Source of the DNA: Mizuhopecten yessoensis | Lineage: Eukaryota | NCBI RefSeq assembly: GCF_002113885.1 | Contig: NW_018408551.1 | Coordinates: forward strand, 1,017,206-1,081,205 | Length of the DNA stretch: 64,000 bases | Direction of reading: 5' to 3' | Part shown: positions 37,023 to 51,396 of the stretch, piece after piece | Layout of the letters: every line of letters starts with the position of its first letter | How positions within the stretch are numbered: the stretch's first letter is position 1 | Made by a program: the position numbers and the translations under genes | The notes under the pieces: model-generated | Database searches by the model: none | What the model was told of the DNA's origin: nothing | What the model saw: only the letters and a program-made list of their open reading frames with translations

Positions 37023-40000
37023 GGGAGCTGTGGCGTTTCGAACATGGGTAGATTGAAAAGACAAAGGAAGGGTCATTACATCAAAAAGAAAAGAAACGAA
37101 CCCGTTATATATCTTTACATGTTTTTCTATGAGTCAGATTTTGTTTAAATACCATGACTTCTAGTTATAGCTAAATGGAATTTAAAGGAAATTACATGTT
37201 AGAGTCCCGTATACACAATAGAAGGGCAAACAATCTCATTCTAATGAATGATGATCAATCTGTGATGGTAATAGAAATCCTGAAATGTCATACCCTTGTA
37301 CAAATATGTTTACTAGTGAGGATAATGATATGCCGCGCAGGGGACAACCCATAGTGTTATTGGCATATGTAATAAAACGAAATATGGATACAGACCCACC
37401 ACAAGAGTAGATTCTCACACAAACACAGTTTTCTCACTCTTATAGCATATATATGTAAGATTCATAGCTAGCTAGTAAGGGTGACAAGTTAGACAAGTCA
37501 ATCTTAAACAACTGCTTTAAATAAATAAATAAATAAATTGTCTATACCTCAATTAATTAAGAGTTATAGTTAATTTTGATAAACAATTGTTTAAATAATA
37601 AGCAATCTTTTGGTAGAATACATTTGCACGTATTCATAAAATCATAATTTAAAGAAAGTTACCGCAATGCTTATAATCATTTTTTTTTCATTTTTTAAGA
37701 AAACATTACTGTGCTTCAAAGACTTCTCAATAAATTCATTCTAATGTTCGTAATAATTTCTGAAAAGTAGATTTTCAATATCTTGGAGCATAGGGCTATA
37801 CATGCACTCCAGAAAGGTTTGTTTTGGGCAAAGACAGGATATATGAAGAAGATTACTACATTAGTATGAGCTGCTACTAAAATGCTACTGGCGTGGTGGG
37901 GGTCTGAAAAGTACATACGATTCTAAACGTCAGTTGCTGCGGTTTTATAATGTCTTACAAAAATGATACAAATGTTACAGATGATACCGAATTATAAATT
38001 ATAAATATCATTAAACAATGACTATACAATTTTGCAGAAGGAATAATAACATTTTAAAAGGTCGATACGAAAAGCCCTAGTTGGAACATTGTCTATGAAA
38101 TAAAAAGGAAATTGTTTTTTTTGTTCGTCTAGATGAAAACCAAATAAACGAAGGTGACATAAATATCCAAAAGGTAGAATAGATCGAGCTAATAAAGTGC
38201 CAGATTAGTACTTACTTATAATGATGATTTAACATGAATAGCAGCCGTAGCAAGTTTTTCACCGATGACCGATCTTACCTTACATCATGTTAGTATAAGC
38301 GTTGCCTTAGAGATAAAAGCAACAAGGAAATGTCAGCCAAAACATTGCGTTTCCAATGATAACAACATTTTTCTGGGGGCTATACACGTTATCTTACAGG
38401 TCTCATCAGTCGCGATAAATGGATTAAGTTTAAGAGATAACATGTATTATTTTGACTGTTATTTATAAAACCGTCCTAAACGTTAATTCAAATTGCAATT
38501 TCTGACAAGTACATTACATTAAATAGTATTGTTGAGAGAAACTGTCTTTTTAATTTGCCTTAAGGTACATAAGTACGCCTTATTTAAGATTTGTTATTTG
38601 TTATTTCAACTGACGCGTGGTCCTATTGAGATTTTCGCTTACTTTTTGTTTATTTTTAGATAGAATACAAATATTTCGAAATTTTCGAACACCTTCCCCA
38701 CACTCGCGGATTTAATGTAAGGATCTGTTTTTAATTCAAATGCGTAGTGTCTATATGCTTTATGCAACAAGTTTTGATAACAATGACAACGACAAATGTG
38801 AATGATTGTATCTTTAAAGGAATATGTAGTGTAAGAGATATAGTGATAACTATAAATGATGTTGTCGTACATTACATTTCAATATCCACTTGCTGTTGAT
38901 ACATCACTGACATCCTGTATAGGCAGACTTACTTTTGGACTTTTTAACTACTTCTCAATTGAAAACATTATGAGAAAATGCACATAGAAATCATTGCTGG
39001 AATGGACCGATGCTAAAGATAATATAAGCAGCTCGACCAATATAATAATGAAACCGTATTTGATCTGATCGCAGCCTAATGTAAGGAATGCAACGAATTT
39101 ATTCACCAAACATTCGGAATGCCTAAGTACTATTAGAAATTACACGGAGTTCCGAATGACGCCTACGTCATGCATTTCGGTCAACACTTTCGTTAAGTCG
39201 CAGACAACTGTACACCATGCAATGAACAGAATTTCTGAAGGAAGTGTCCGCACAGGAACACAAATTTGGACGTTTTATATGCAATGTTTTAATTATAATA
39301 ATAATTTCTATTCGAGGAATGACATTTTGTTAGTCTTTCAAAATTACAAAATGATTTTGCCCAAGGTTTGAAAAGCAACCAACCATGGAAACTGATACAA
39401 CATCCGAGACAAATCACGTTTTAAATGCGTTAAAACATCTAATTGAAAACAGCCTATATTTTGCACAACTTTCGTTTAATACTGAATACAAAACTTTTGA
39501 TCCCAGAAGTGCAATAAAACACCAGAGCAAGTTAAAATGGATAATCAATAAACGTTTCAAGAAACACAGTGAACGTTTTACCTCTTTTATTTTAAAACTT
39601 AATTAGGATATGTTAATTAGAAAATAGAAAGCAAATGGGAATATGATAATTACGGACAGGACTGGGCAGTATGCCACGAGTACAAAATCAACGATGACCC
39701 GATATCTAGCAGACGTAGAGTGCACGTGACACTGATGGAAATACATAAGGGACGAAATAGTTTTACAAACTTCCCGACTGACAGTAGTAAAGTTGGAAAG
39801 AATTATATTTCCATAACTACACCACTTTGATATTATGAAAATGAAAACTAGTTTACATTAGTATAACTTATTGTTAATGATAGAAAAATATTCATTTTTT
39901 GTTTGACGTTTTTTGTATATTTTGAAACAAGAATTTATTGGGGGGGGGGGGGCANGGAGGGTACCTCTGTTCCTGAACGGATGTTGATGTCCCTATCCTT

Positions 40001-42056
40001 GTTTTTTGTTAAACGTTTCGATTTTGATTTTCAATTTCGTAACTAAACACGTCATTTATCTATAGATGACATAATTGATTAAAATACAAACTGATCGAGT
40101 GTTTGCAGACAGTCCTGAAGGTGATACCGTGATATGTGATCCAGTGCTTGCAATAGTGCAGACGACATCACCGCACGAGCGCAGAATCACGTGAACGAAG
40201 ACGGTCATCAATCCGGGACATTTACAAGTGTCAAAAGCTCCCCATTATGTCGTGACCGCTTACATTAATAATCGCCGTAATCATGGCAGATGAACAATTT
40301 ATCCTATAAATCGCTGGAAAGTACAAGACCACCGTTTTTTTGTGGAACCCTTACTTTTATTGCTAATTAAATAATACATCCTAAATTGAGTTATCTGTTG
40401 TTATGCCTCCACATATCAATGCAGTTAGGTTTACTCCATTGTCAGTCAGTATTATAAACTGTGGAAATCTTTATTGACTGCAGTCTAAAACTGAAAGCAT
40501 AATCGATTGAAAATGTTTATAACTTCATGTCGGAAATTTCGATGAAATGATCGGAGAAAAGTAAGACACCTAAGTTTTTGATGGTAAATAAGCTTACCAA
40601 ACTCTATATAACCTTTCCTAATCGCTGTCATTTTTAGGATCCCCGACTTTCCACGTACATGTTTATGGCTGTGATGCTATCAACTATTAATTTACGAATT
40701 TGTAAGGAAAATCGCAACATAGTAATAAAGATTGAAAACACAATTCTTCGTGATAGCAAATACTTTAATTTGAGTTACGTCTATCTGTTTTTCTCACAGA
40801 ATATCTCATAATGCATCGATGGCAACTATAAAATTTGATTGCTTTTTACCTTATCCGTTTATTAGAAGAGATTCATTTTCCGAAAACAGATAATGATTGG
40901 GATTTCTAACCACTAATAGTTCGGGGTTTATTATATTGTTATGCTTGTAGCACGCGTAGCTGCATATTCCACTGTTTTTCTCTATTTGATATGATAAACA
41001 ATTAAATGTTTTTTACGGAGTTTTATGTTATACCTGTCAATTCATTTGATATTTAAGTGCTTAACGAAATCTCTCCAGCTGATTTGATATTACTTATAGC
41101 CTGAAATACACTTTTATTACATTTTTATTTGCTGCACTAAGCCAAAACTGCTCCATAATTTTCGAGGTATACAGTATTTTGAGGAATAATGAATTTAAAA
41201 AATATAGCTTTTTGTATTGGAATATAAAATGATCACCATAAGACTAGAAATATAAAAAATAGAAATTATATCAAAGTTTTGATTGTTTCACAATGTTGCA
41301 CCATTGTAAGTTCTTGTCCATCAGGTTAGATGCATTTGTGTGATAACTTACCAGAGACTTGCAGTATGGGCCTTGCTTAAGTTCTCTTCAAATATTTCTT
41401 CATTCTGGATACATGCAATGGTGTTAAAAACATTATTAAAGCAATAAGGACAGAATGACCTATGCTTACTTTACGAAAATGTTTCGATAACTTTTATGTT
41501 AAACAATTATATATCTTTAGTAAATGTTTGTAATGTTTCAAATAACAATGTAGTTAATGTTAGTTATGATTTTAGGGTTTTAAGCACATTCCTGTCTGTT
41601 TCAACAGTAGTTCAGAGCACTTTGGATTTCCACCTGTCTGCTACCAAACATAACCAATGATTCCTACAAGGATGAAACAGCTGTATGGCACAGTTAAATG
41701 AGTTTTGGCATGATGTCATTATTACCAAATATCTGTTAATAGATAATAAATATATATCCAATAAATTCAGTAACTAAAAGTTCAATAAGGTGTTTGCTAC
41801 CAACGAATATATTTTGTATCAAGTTTCCATAGCAAGCTACATAATCTGCAAACGCTTACCTTCAACCTATGCCAGGCCCGAGAGCCATCGGTTCCTATGT
41901 CTGATATTGGTTCTTCAGGCTGATCTTGTTCTGATAAGACAGTCACATATATCTAAATTACACCATTTGAATTGCATATATGTAAATTAATAGGACGTTG
42001 ACACCAGTAACCCCACTTTATTGGCAGTAATGGATTAAACCATCAAGGTATCCTGA

Positions 42057-42544
42057 TCCAAACCTGACCAATTCGCAACTTACCTTCCTTACATGTACTG
42101 GTATTTATTAAAGAAAGTATATTTTTTATTTAAAACACACATGCTATTATTAGGCAACTGTGAGTTTCAAATCCTACATATATTAATTAAATAAAACAGA
42201 GGACGATATTAGATATTCCAAACCTGACCAATTCGCAACCTACCTTCTGTATATGTACTGGTATTTATTAAAGAAAGTACTATTTTTTATTTTAAAAAAT
42301 CAACATGCTCTTATAAGGCAACTGTGAGTTTCAAATTTTACAAATATTTATTAAAAAAAACAGAGAACGATATTAGATATTCCAAACCTGACCAATTTGT
42401 AACTTTTTTATTGTACACGTACTAGTATTTCTTTAAGAAAGTATGATTATTTTATTTAAAAAAGCAAACAATTATTAGGCAAGTATGAGTTTCAAACCTG
42501 ACAAATAATAATTATATAAAACAGAGAACAATATTGGATAAGCC
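42057..42544. repeat. Tandem repeat, ~160-164-bp unit x3
   Basis: tccaaacctgaccaatt starts at 42057, 42217 and 42381; units are colinear and moderately diverged. Confidence 0.95.
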
Positions 42545-45500
42545 ATATTTCTTCTTTAAAATATCTCATGATAAGGGAAATTATAGAATTCATTATTCAT
42601 ACTTTTAATTTGTAACCTGCCAAAGAACCCGTTTCTTTAATCAAGTACATCTATTTTATTGAACTTCTCTGGATATCTTCGTTATATTACATTTCATCTA
42701 ACAAATGAATGGTTTTCTTGCTCTTAGTTAATATACTGTAAAACAAATTTAAACTTATATCTAAGCTATTCACAAACCCATGTTCTGAACTTCAGGAAGC
42801 GTACCATTGTCAATAGTAAAGTATAAATAGTAATGAATAAAATGAAAATAAATAAAACCGAAATTAATCTGAATATAATTTCTGAAAGTCTGTTTGATTG
42901 TTGAGAGATTTTGTTGAGAGATGTGCATGATTCCACCTCTCAACATATAACTTGTATTTAATCGTACTTAGGATATAGCCTGTCTGTAACCTTAAGGTTC
43001 TACCGATTTAACTGGTGATGACATTAATCATTGTACTCCTACCGATCGTCCAATCAAATCAGTCGTTATCGGTCAGAAGATTCCATCAATGAAATTAAAC
43101 GTCCAAGTATTTTATTGGCCTATCGACATTTAATGATCAGATTTCATGTTCGGTGACGCTGTCTCACATCATCACTTCTTAATTCCATTGCCATTTAAGG
43201 TATTGTCGATTCGATAAAGATGGAACTTCATGTATAATTTAAAGGGACAATAGTAACATTTATTTGAGAGCCGGTGATGTGCAGTTTAATACATGAAATA
43301 TCCCTATCTAGTAGTCATTATAAATTTAGCATTTAACATAAAGAATGTGTGAAGCATTACTAGTGTTATATAGGTGATTGTTTATATTGTAGGTTACTAA
43401 TGATTGTAATACATGTATCGCATATCCTTCACTTCAGGAAAAGAAATGAATTCAAATAAATGAAGTCTTGTACAAAAATATTTAAGAAACGAGAATCGGA
43501 GCAAAGTATAAAATACTAAAAATAACTTCTTATCAAATTAATTAAAACATAGTTTGTACACACAAGCGTTTTATTGTTTTATTGTTTTATTTTTATCAAC
43601 GTCACTGACAAATACGTGCCTACAGTGTTTGATTTCAAGTACTATTGTTGTTTTAAATAAACATACAAATGTTTTATAGTTTTAACAATGAATTACCATG
43701 TCCTAGCTAATTTGAATTACATTCATAACTCTCTAAAAATAAAATACATTCATTTGTCACAAGCTAAATAGTATAGTATTGTTAAATGCATATCATATCT
43801 TTCATCCAAATATTGTTTCAATAGTTGATATAATCAATAGACGTCTGATATATACATGTACCTAAACATGACACGAAATTATAAAAACAAGAAAATCACA
43901 TTGAACAACATTTGGTTGTGACATTTTATTGCAACGCCCTTGCTTTGAAAGAACTATCATTCATATAATCTTTGTATGTATGGACGTTTTTAGTTGTGAA
44001 ACCACAGATATTTTCTTATTTCATTATTCAAAAGTGTAACTGTTTTGATTTTCAACATGACGAGGTATTTTATCATGTTAGTATGATGATGACTCGGTCA
44101 GCCAGTCTGAGAATTTCCATAAAACAATTCGACAACCACTTGAAGTATGACTGGGCCAAGCCTTGAAGGAAATATGTGGTCTTCCTACACATTCAGAGTA
44201 ACTCTCGGACAAGATGTCACAACGAAGGGTGGAGAAAGTAATTTTCTAAAGTAAACATTATAATGGACGACACTTTTCTCTGTTATTATCTCGGAAAGTC
44301 CAAAATAATAGTCGGACAAAGCTAGTTGCCTAGAGGTTACACCTGGACGTCCGCTTCGTAGCTTTGTTTTACAAGGTTGTGAAATCACGTCCACGTTCTC
44401 CCGTTGAGAGGCTGAGCCAACACAGTTGTCAGCCTTTGTTAGTTTCGTATAATCATGACCCGAATCATCTAACATAGCGAACACCTCTGGCTTTAGGCGG
44501 TTTGTGCAATACGTCAACTTTATATGAGGTCATCCAACTGTTGTTGCTGGACCCCAAGGGACAGCGTCCACGTGTGCTAATTATTGACTACGTAAAGGGT
44601 CTTCTTGACCCTTTATGTAAACTGATAGCCTCAACTCCCTGACATGGACTGTACCCAGAATTTGTGAATATGTATGATCAATCATCTGTACGCGTCTTTA
44701 GGCTCCGCCATCCATCTCCTATTCCATACTCATCGTTATTCCCGTATCAATAGACCCTCTAGTGACACGATGGAACTGTAGCTGACCAAAACTTTTGTGA
44801 ATGTCATATCTCATGAACCAACACACTATTACACCGTCTGACTTATAACATCACCAAAAATTGTTAAAGGAACATGTTTTTCTGTTAAAGTAACTACAAA
44901 AATGGTATGGTGAATTATTTAAAATATTTGGAATCACACATAAACATGTATCTTTATACCTTTATAAGGCTTATTTCATCTAAAAATCCAAAAACCTTGA
45001 TAAGGTTTTGTTAATCTAAATATACAAATGTCGGCGCAAAGTTCACAATTTTGTTCTATCGAATGAATATTATCATCAAATTTTAAGACTGCGTAATGAT
45101 ATTTATGAAAGATTGGAATATATTGAAATATTTTATCTTTTTAGATCAAGAGTTTCATCATTCTCATTAAGAATTTGCTACACGTGAATTTCCTAGTACA
45201 TATCGACCTGAACAAGATATCACGTTAAATTACAAGGACGAGGTTGGAACTCAGGTCAGAGAGGCAATTGGACCCGCTACAAGTGATGGAGATCTGGGAT
45301 AGAACATCATCCGTCTATCTATATTTTTCTATATGCTATGTCCGCTTCCAAATCAGCAAATTTATGGCAGAAGATATTTTTATTTGAGAACTGAAAAAAG
45401 ATCAAACGGTAGATACGGTTGAATTTCCCATACATGTCAACGCCTTAATAATTCTAAAATGTGATTGGTATTGTCACATTAACATCCCCTGTGACGTCTA

Positions 45501-48189
45501 ATGACCTAAGGAAAGGACCAGGTCCTAAGGAAGGGCTCAATTTGTGTCCTCAATTTGTCTCGAGATGTCTCTTTAATATGTCGCTCTATGCTGGCACCCG
45601 TCGTCCAGGAGATACACCCATTCATTAGCACGCTTGAATATTCTAACTGTAAAAGATACACTAACAAATAAGTCTAGCTTTTCTGAATACCTATCAGAGC
45701 TGAAATGATAAGAACGTCGAATTTAGATTCAAATTCATCAAGTATTGTCAGCTTATTATACATATTGATAGAGATTATTAAACCAATTTTCTCTGTATTA
45801 TATGTTTATGTATTGATATGTACACATGTATTGCAATTTAGTATATTCCAATTCATACCAGACAGTGTAATACTCTTTTGTTTATACATTTATTTATCAA
45901 ATTCACAAAAATTATTTACTAAGAATTTTATGTAAAACTTACAGACATAAATTGCCTGTAATCCCTGCGACTACCCGAGTATGTATTATAACAAGGCATT
46001 GTTTGAGAAGAGTTTGGGCTAGTTACCAATAAAAAGATGGGCGATGTTGATGGCCGGAATCATCAGACCTCGATGGACAATCATGTCCACTTGTAATGTA
46101 TTATCGGGTGGGGATCTGGTCACAAGAGGGATTAGTGTCCAACTTCCTCCAATTAATAGCAGCAGTCTGTGTATAACTTTACCCAAAAATTCAAAGTTTA
46201 GTAGGTCAAAGCTGTTTATTTCATAAAAAAAAGTAGACATAGGGATTGCTTTATCTCGGTAGACAATCTCCTACACGCCTGATATCGTTAGGGGATGAAA
46301 ACGAATTTCTTAGTTCAATGGTTTTTTGACAGATCTGAAGACGATCCCAAACAGAAGTGAATCGAATATAAACGCTAAACGGCATGGATTCATTATCTTA
46401 TCTCTTCAAAATGATATCTACATGTATTGATTATGTTTCTCTTTTGGCATTTATCTTAGCAAATAATTAATTTGTGAACATGACAAAATTCGTGTATTAA
46501 TTCATATTCATTTGATTAATCCTCTAAGTGAATGAATATCAATAGGGACTATGTATTTAAACAGAACTGAATGTTTTTAAAATAAAAATTAACAAGGAAA
46601 CTGTAAAATGTACGTACACAAATTGAGGTATCCTGCCTCAGGGGTAAAATACATGCGGTTTTAAACAGTTTCTCAGTTTCACGTAAAGCGTATTTATTAT
46701 TCGTATTATTCAATAGTTTTATTTTAAAATATAAATATAAATGTTCAAAAAAAAATAATTAAAAGGTGTTTCGCCAAATGAAAAAAATGTACTTTAATGG
46801 TAAACAGCCATGCATCATTGTGATATGTAACTTATCAAATACCTGAATTTATTTCGTGTTTAGTTCAGGTACGCTTGTACAACCAAGAATTTTATCGCAG
46901 ACAAGCATGCTGTTTTTTCTGTTTTTCTTTATTTTTTCTTTTAATTTTGACATTTGGTGCTTAATCGTTTGATGTAAAATAGTAACAGAGTGTGCCTGAT
47001 TATAGTGCCTGATTGGTGTCATTTCCTTATTTTGCAAGAAAAAAACGAAACATGTCGGGCGCCTCAGCAGCGACTTACGATTGCTCTCAATTTCTCTTAT
47101 TGCGTCGTTATTGCTATGCAAAGTGTTGGTCTTAAATGAAACGCTGATGGTAATGATTGTTATGTCGCTGCGAAATAAAAAAAAATGACTAAATGACATA
47201 TATCTGCTTCCGTACCGAACAATTCCCTGCTAATATAATGATTAATAAGAAGGTTTTAGAAAATGTCTATTCAATTTTAGCCAGTATTGTTTTAATACTA
47301 AGAATGATAGGTCTAACCTAGTGTAGTTTATTACGCCTACCTATTCATTGAAATACAATATTTAATTGGTCGGGATCTACCCGTTGGATGGAACAGATAT
47401 GTGTCGCAGTAAATGTTTCTTTTGGCACGGACAAGTCATTTTATATGGCATGGATCCAGCGTTCTAATCAGTACTTCCGAAAAAAAGGTGACTGTTTCTC
47501 ACAAATACCTTTAGTAGCCTTTGATACACTGTTTTGTTATTCTTCGTGCTATTATCTCTACACACCCACATTAGGCATGACATATCATATGTGACATCAG
47601 CCTTTACTTCAGAGGTTGGTGATGGTTCTATATTGCAATAGTAACGTTGACCATGTCCTGTTTGTCCATCTTGCTGAGTGGATGACCAGGAGTGCCGGCT
47701 ATGGGATTATTAAATAATCCTCAGTCCACTGTCCAATATTCATTTCTAGAAGAACCAATTAAGCATAAAATAGAAAATAGATGACGAGTGGAGAGACAAC
47801 ACGCCGTGACTTTCATTTTGTTGATAATCCTGTATTCTATATATCTGTTAGCTTATTCGTATTTTGTTAACATCTTATTTTCTTGTTTTTCCTAATTAAC
47901 CAACAGTAAACTATTATATGTGAAATGAGAATGATATATATTTAAAACATCGTAAACATTTTCCGCAAGTGTTGTGAAATTTCAAATAAAAACTAAGACA
48001 TCAACTTGCTTGTATGCTAACAAAGCGTGAATGAGGATGACTACGGTAGTGAAAGGGGGTGGAGAGTTCTCCGTCCAGGCTACGTAGAATTATTGACCGT
48101 CCCGTTGATCGGCCAGTCCATCAAACGAATATTACCTGTATGACACCCGCTCAGGTGAAACCCCGTCCTTGGATCGACGTCGTAGCTTA

Positions 48190-48350
48190 ACTCATTGTTC
48201 CATATTAGCCAATCGGGTGGTTCCCTGGCTGTTCCATTAGGTTGTATAACAGGCGGAGTCGTATACGAGTACCCAGTGTGAAAAGTGTAAACACTGGGAA
48301 CGTCACATACACAAATCTAGTTCACTTGACAGTTCGCCATCGCTATAAAG
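48190..48350 (+). promoter_or_regulatory. Candidate core promoter of tailless/NR2E1
   Basis: CCAAT box 48209-48213, TATA-like gtataac 48244-48250 and Inr-like ccAgtg at ~48275 (CCAAT about -66, TATA about -30); alternative TATAAA at 48344-48349. Lies in a CpG-richer island upstream of the ATG. Confidence 0.45.
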
Positions 48351-48580
48351 GACACTTACCATTCTGTTATTTATAAGTAATAATTGTCAAAAGGCCATTT
48401 CCCCGGGGTTTTGAAGAAATATCGAAAACTGTGATGATTTTTTAAAAATGTCGTCATAGAACTATTGAGGAAATGGACTTCAATATATGATACAATTTGT
48501 GTCATCAACGTTGTGACATTAACGACATTAGGTTCTGTATTCGTAAAGTATCAAGAAGATCACATATCAGCTGATTCAAG

Positions 48581-48608
48581 ATGAGCGGCAAAGTATCTGG
48601 AATATCAA
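48581..48608 (+). CDS. NR2E1: tailless/Tlx coding exon 1 (MSGKVSGIS, phase 1)
   Basis: ATG followed by a strong gtaagt donor; phase matches exon 2 to give S-RIL, like the short Tlx N-terminus. Confidence 0.8.
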
Positions 48609-49489
48609 GTAAGTACACACATATTATATAAGGTTATTTTACCACTGAATTAAGCTATTTCACCTCATCATGAAAGTGCTTAAACGTTATTTTGTTTTTT
48701 AATTAATCTTTTATTTTATTTTCAATACCTGGAATCGTATGTTCCTTCTGTTGTATTTATACAAAAATAAATATTTAAGTTACTGTCACTGTTCTAAGTT
48801 GAAACCCTGAATATGTTATAATAGAAATAGAAATAAAATAAAACAATTCTCTATTTTACACATTTCTATAACAATTTCTGGTTAATCCCTAATAATATAA
48901 AATCCGTATGTTATTTTATAACACAGTAAAAGAATTAGAATTTTCAAAGTTGAATATAAAATCCGTAAAGTGATAATAGGCTTATTGACTTCAGGGGATA
49001 TATTTTCTAATATATTTAAAAGTTTCCTGTTCTTGTGCCTTCAGTTTTTAAAATATTTCATTCATAATTACATTTGAGTGTATCGAATTTTGCACTTCGT
49101 TCTGTAATGAAATATATTATATTAATACAATAAAGTCATTTGATTTTAGTCATTATGTGTGTGGTTTTGGAGCACATTTTGATTAACCATTAGTGTAAGT
49201 AACTGTATTACGTGTACTTGCAGTGACATTAAAACTATTACGTACATAACGACTGATTTTGTTTATAACATACAAATCACGTTTATTCTCCTGGCTTCCC
49301 CAACAGTTTTACTGTAGGTAGACATACTATCTAACAATTTTGTTTGGTATATTATCACCTATTTCTATTGATGTACATTTATTTGTGTATTTGTGTGATT
49401 TTATTCTGGTTTGTTTATGTCTATTAACTTAAATGGTGGGATAGTTATAAATTCATATTGCAACTGCAGGTGTTCTTGAAATGCGACGG

Positions 49490-49890
49490 TGTTAGTATAT
49501 GTGACAAATTAATGCCAGGCGTTTGTTTATGATACCAATTTTTTTTACATATGTCTTATTAAAGCTAGTTGTTTGTATATAAAACCAAGTTTATACATAT
49601 GACCAATAAAAACTAGGTGTTTGTTGTAAATAAAACTAATGTTATACATGTGACCAATTAAGCTAGGTATTTGTATATGATACCAATGTTATACATGCGA
49701 CTAGCTAACGTTATACATGTGACCAATTAAAGCTAAGTATTTGTATATGATACCAATGTTATACATATGGCTTATTAAAGCTAGGTATTTGTATATGATA
49801 CCAATGTTATACATGTGACCAATAAAAGCTTGTATCAATGTTATATATGTGACTAATTAAGGCGTTTGTATTTAAAACCAAATATAGACA
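49490..49890. repeat. Intronic minisatellite, ~47-48-bp unit x~9 including truncated units
   Basis: Unit gaccaattaaagctaggtatttgtatatgataccaatgttatacatgt. Confidence 0.9.
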
Positions 49891-51077
49891 AAATTCCTAA
49901 TTAGATGAGGAAATCTATTGATTATAGATGACATTACTGTTACTTGAGACACCTAATATTTTTAATTTAGTTTTGCCTCCCTTTGTATAAATGTTAATAA
50001 CATCATGGACTGACTTAATGTAGATATTAAACCTGATCCACTCCTCACAGCGATGACACATCCATGAAGCTATATTTTATAACGAAAGGTTAAGAATCTG
50101 AAACTTTTAAAATGCCATGAAGAGCTTACCAATGCCTAAGGGACAGTGTGTTTCCCAACTGTCTTCCTGTTGTTGTGGTGATTTATTTGCGTAGGTTTCG
50201 TGTAACTTTTGTCATGATAGGCAAATGCACGATTTGCATGCAAACAGGATCGGACACTACAAAGCCGTAGCTTACCTTAATTAGGTCTGGGGGACATTTA
50301 ACCGGCGATACTTCTTAGGCGGTCGCCTCATTCCGGTAAGTCAGGTCTGCTATAAAGAACCTAGCCGGAAAGGGGAGGAAATAAGACTGTTAATTGTGAA
50401 AACAAGTGATCCTTAATTACATAGGAACAGGTAGATGACAGGTATGTCAAAGGTATGAGGAGGAACAGGCGAGAAAATAGAAAGATAAAAGAAATTCTGA
50501 AAAAACGTTCTTATTTGTATATTTTCTGTGGCAGCCTTTTTATGAGTCATAACAGTGTTGTTCGTTAAATTATGTTACAAATTGTTAAACGATTTGTACA
50601 TATGAAATGTCCTAACCAATAAATACATTTGTTAAATATCATAAGAGCATGAATTTACATTGCATATGAATATTTCGAAAAACAAAAGAATACACATATA
50701 ATGTCGCCATAATGCAATAAAAAGGTGACGGAGTTAATCTGGTGTTATTGATTGGGTAGGAGGTGGATTAACGAGCCACAGAAGCCAGGATACCTGTCGT
50801 ACAGGTACTTACCCTGGTGTCTGTGTATCACTAGGGGAGTTAGATCAAAGGCTCCTAGCAAGCAAACACAGTAAACCAGATGGGCTAGAGAGTCTGCAAA
50901 AATACCAATCACGTGTTATATAACTTATTTGTTTTGCAATGAATACAATGTTTAAACTATTCCAATGCTCAAATTGAATCATTTGGTTGCATAATATATT
51001 TCTTGCTTTTATAATTTTATTATGTAATATGTTGTTAGTATTTTAATTTACATGGTCATTTTTTTATGTAATTCCAG

Positions 51078-51159
51078 GTAGGATTCTGACTGATATCCCA
51101 TGTGTCGTTTGTCAGGACCACTCCTCGGGAAAGCACTACGGAATCTACGCATGTGATGG
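51078..51159 (+). CDS. NR2E1: tailless/Tlx exon 2, zinc finger 1 ([27 protein letters not shown])
   Basis: ttccag acceptor, gtaggt donor, C4 zinc-finger sequence. Not in the ORF track. Confidence 0.96.
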
Positions 51160-51396
51160 GTAGGTACTGCACTCAACATCTACTTGGTTCTAGAGAAATG
51201 AAATCTTTTTTTAACTAAAACTGTTCACATTAAGATTCATTTGGAAAGATGCTTTTGTTTTACTGTTTTCGTACTTGCACATCATTCTGAAACATGCATT
51301 ATTTTCTGCCATAACACTTTTTGTAATGGCTTAACGTCTAATTATGTATTTTTATTTACTGTATTTATAATTGTGTCTACACGTTTATAATTTCAG

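Noticed and set aside
21262-50810. Zelda/TAGteam (CAGGTAG) regulation as in Drosophila tll
   Set aside because: Zelda is not known from molluscs and the overall CAGGTA count looks close to chance; only local clusters are reported.
51071-51083. Recursive splice site (ccag|gtagga) at the exon 2 acceptor
   Set aside because: GT is required by the Ser codon split across the intron, and the intron is short; no independent support.
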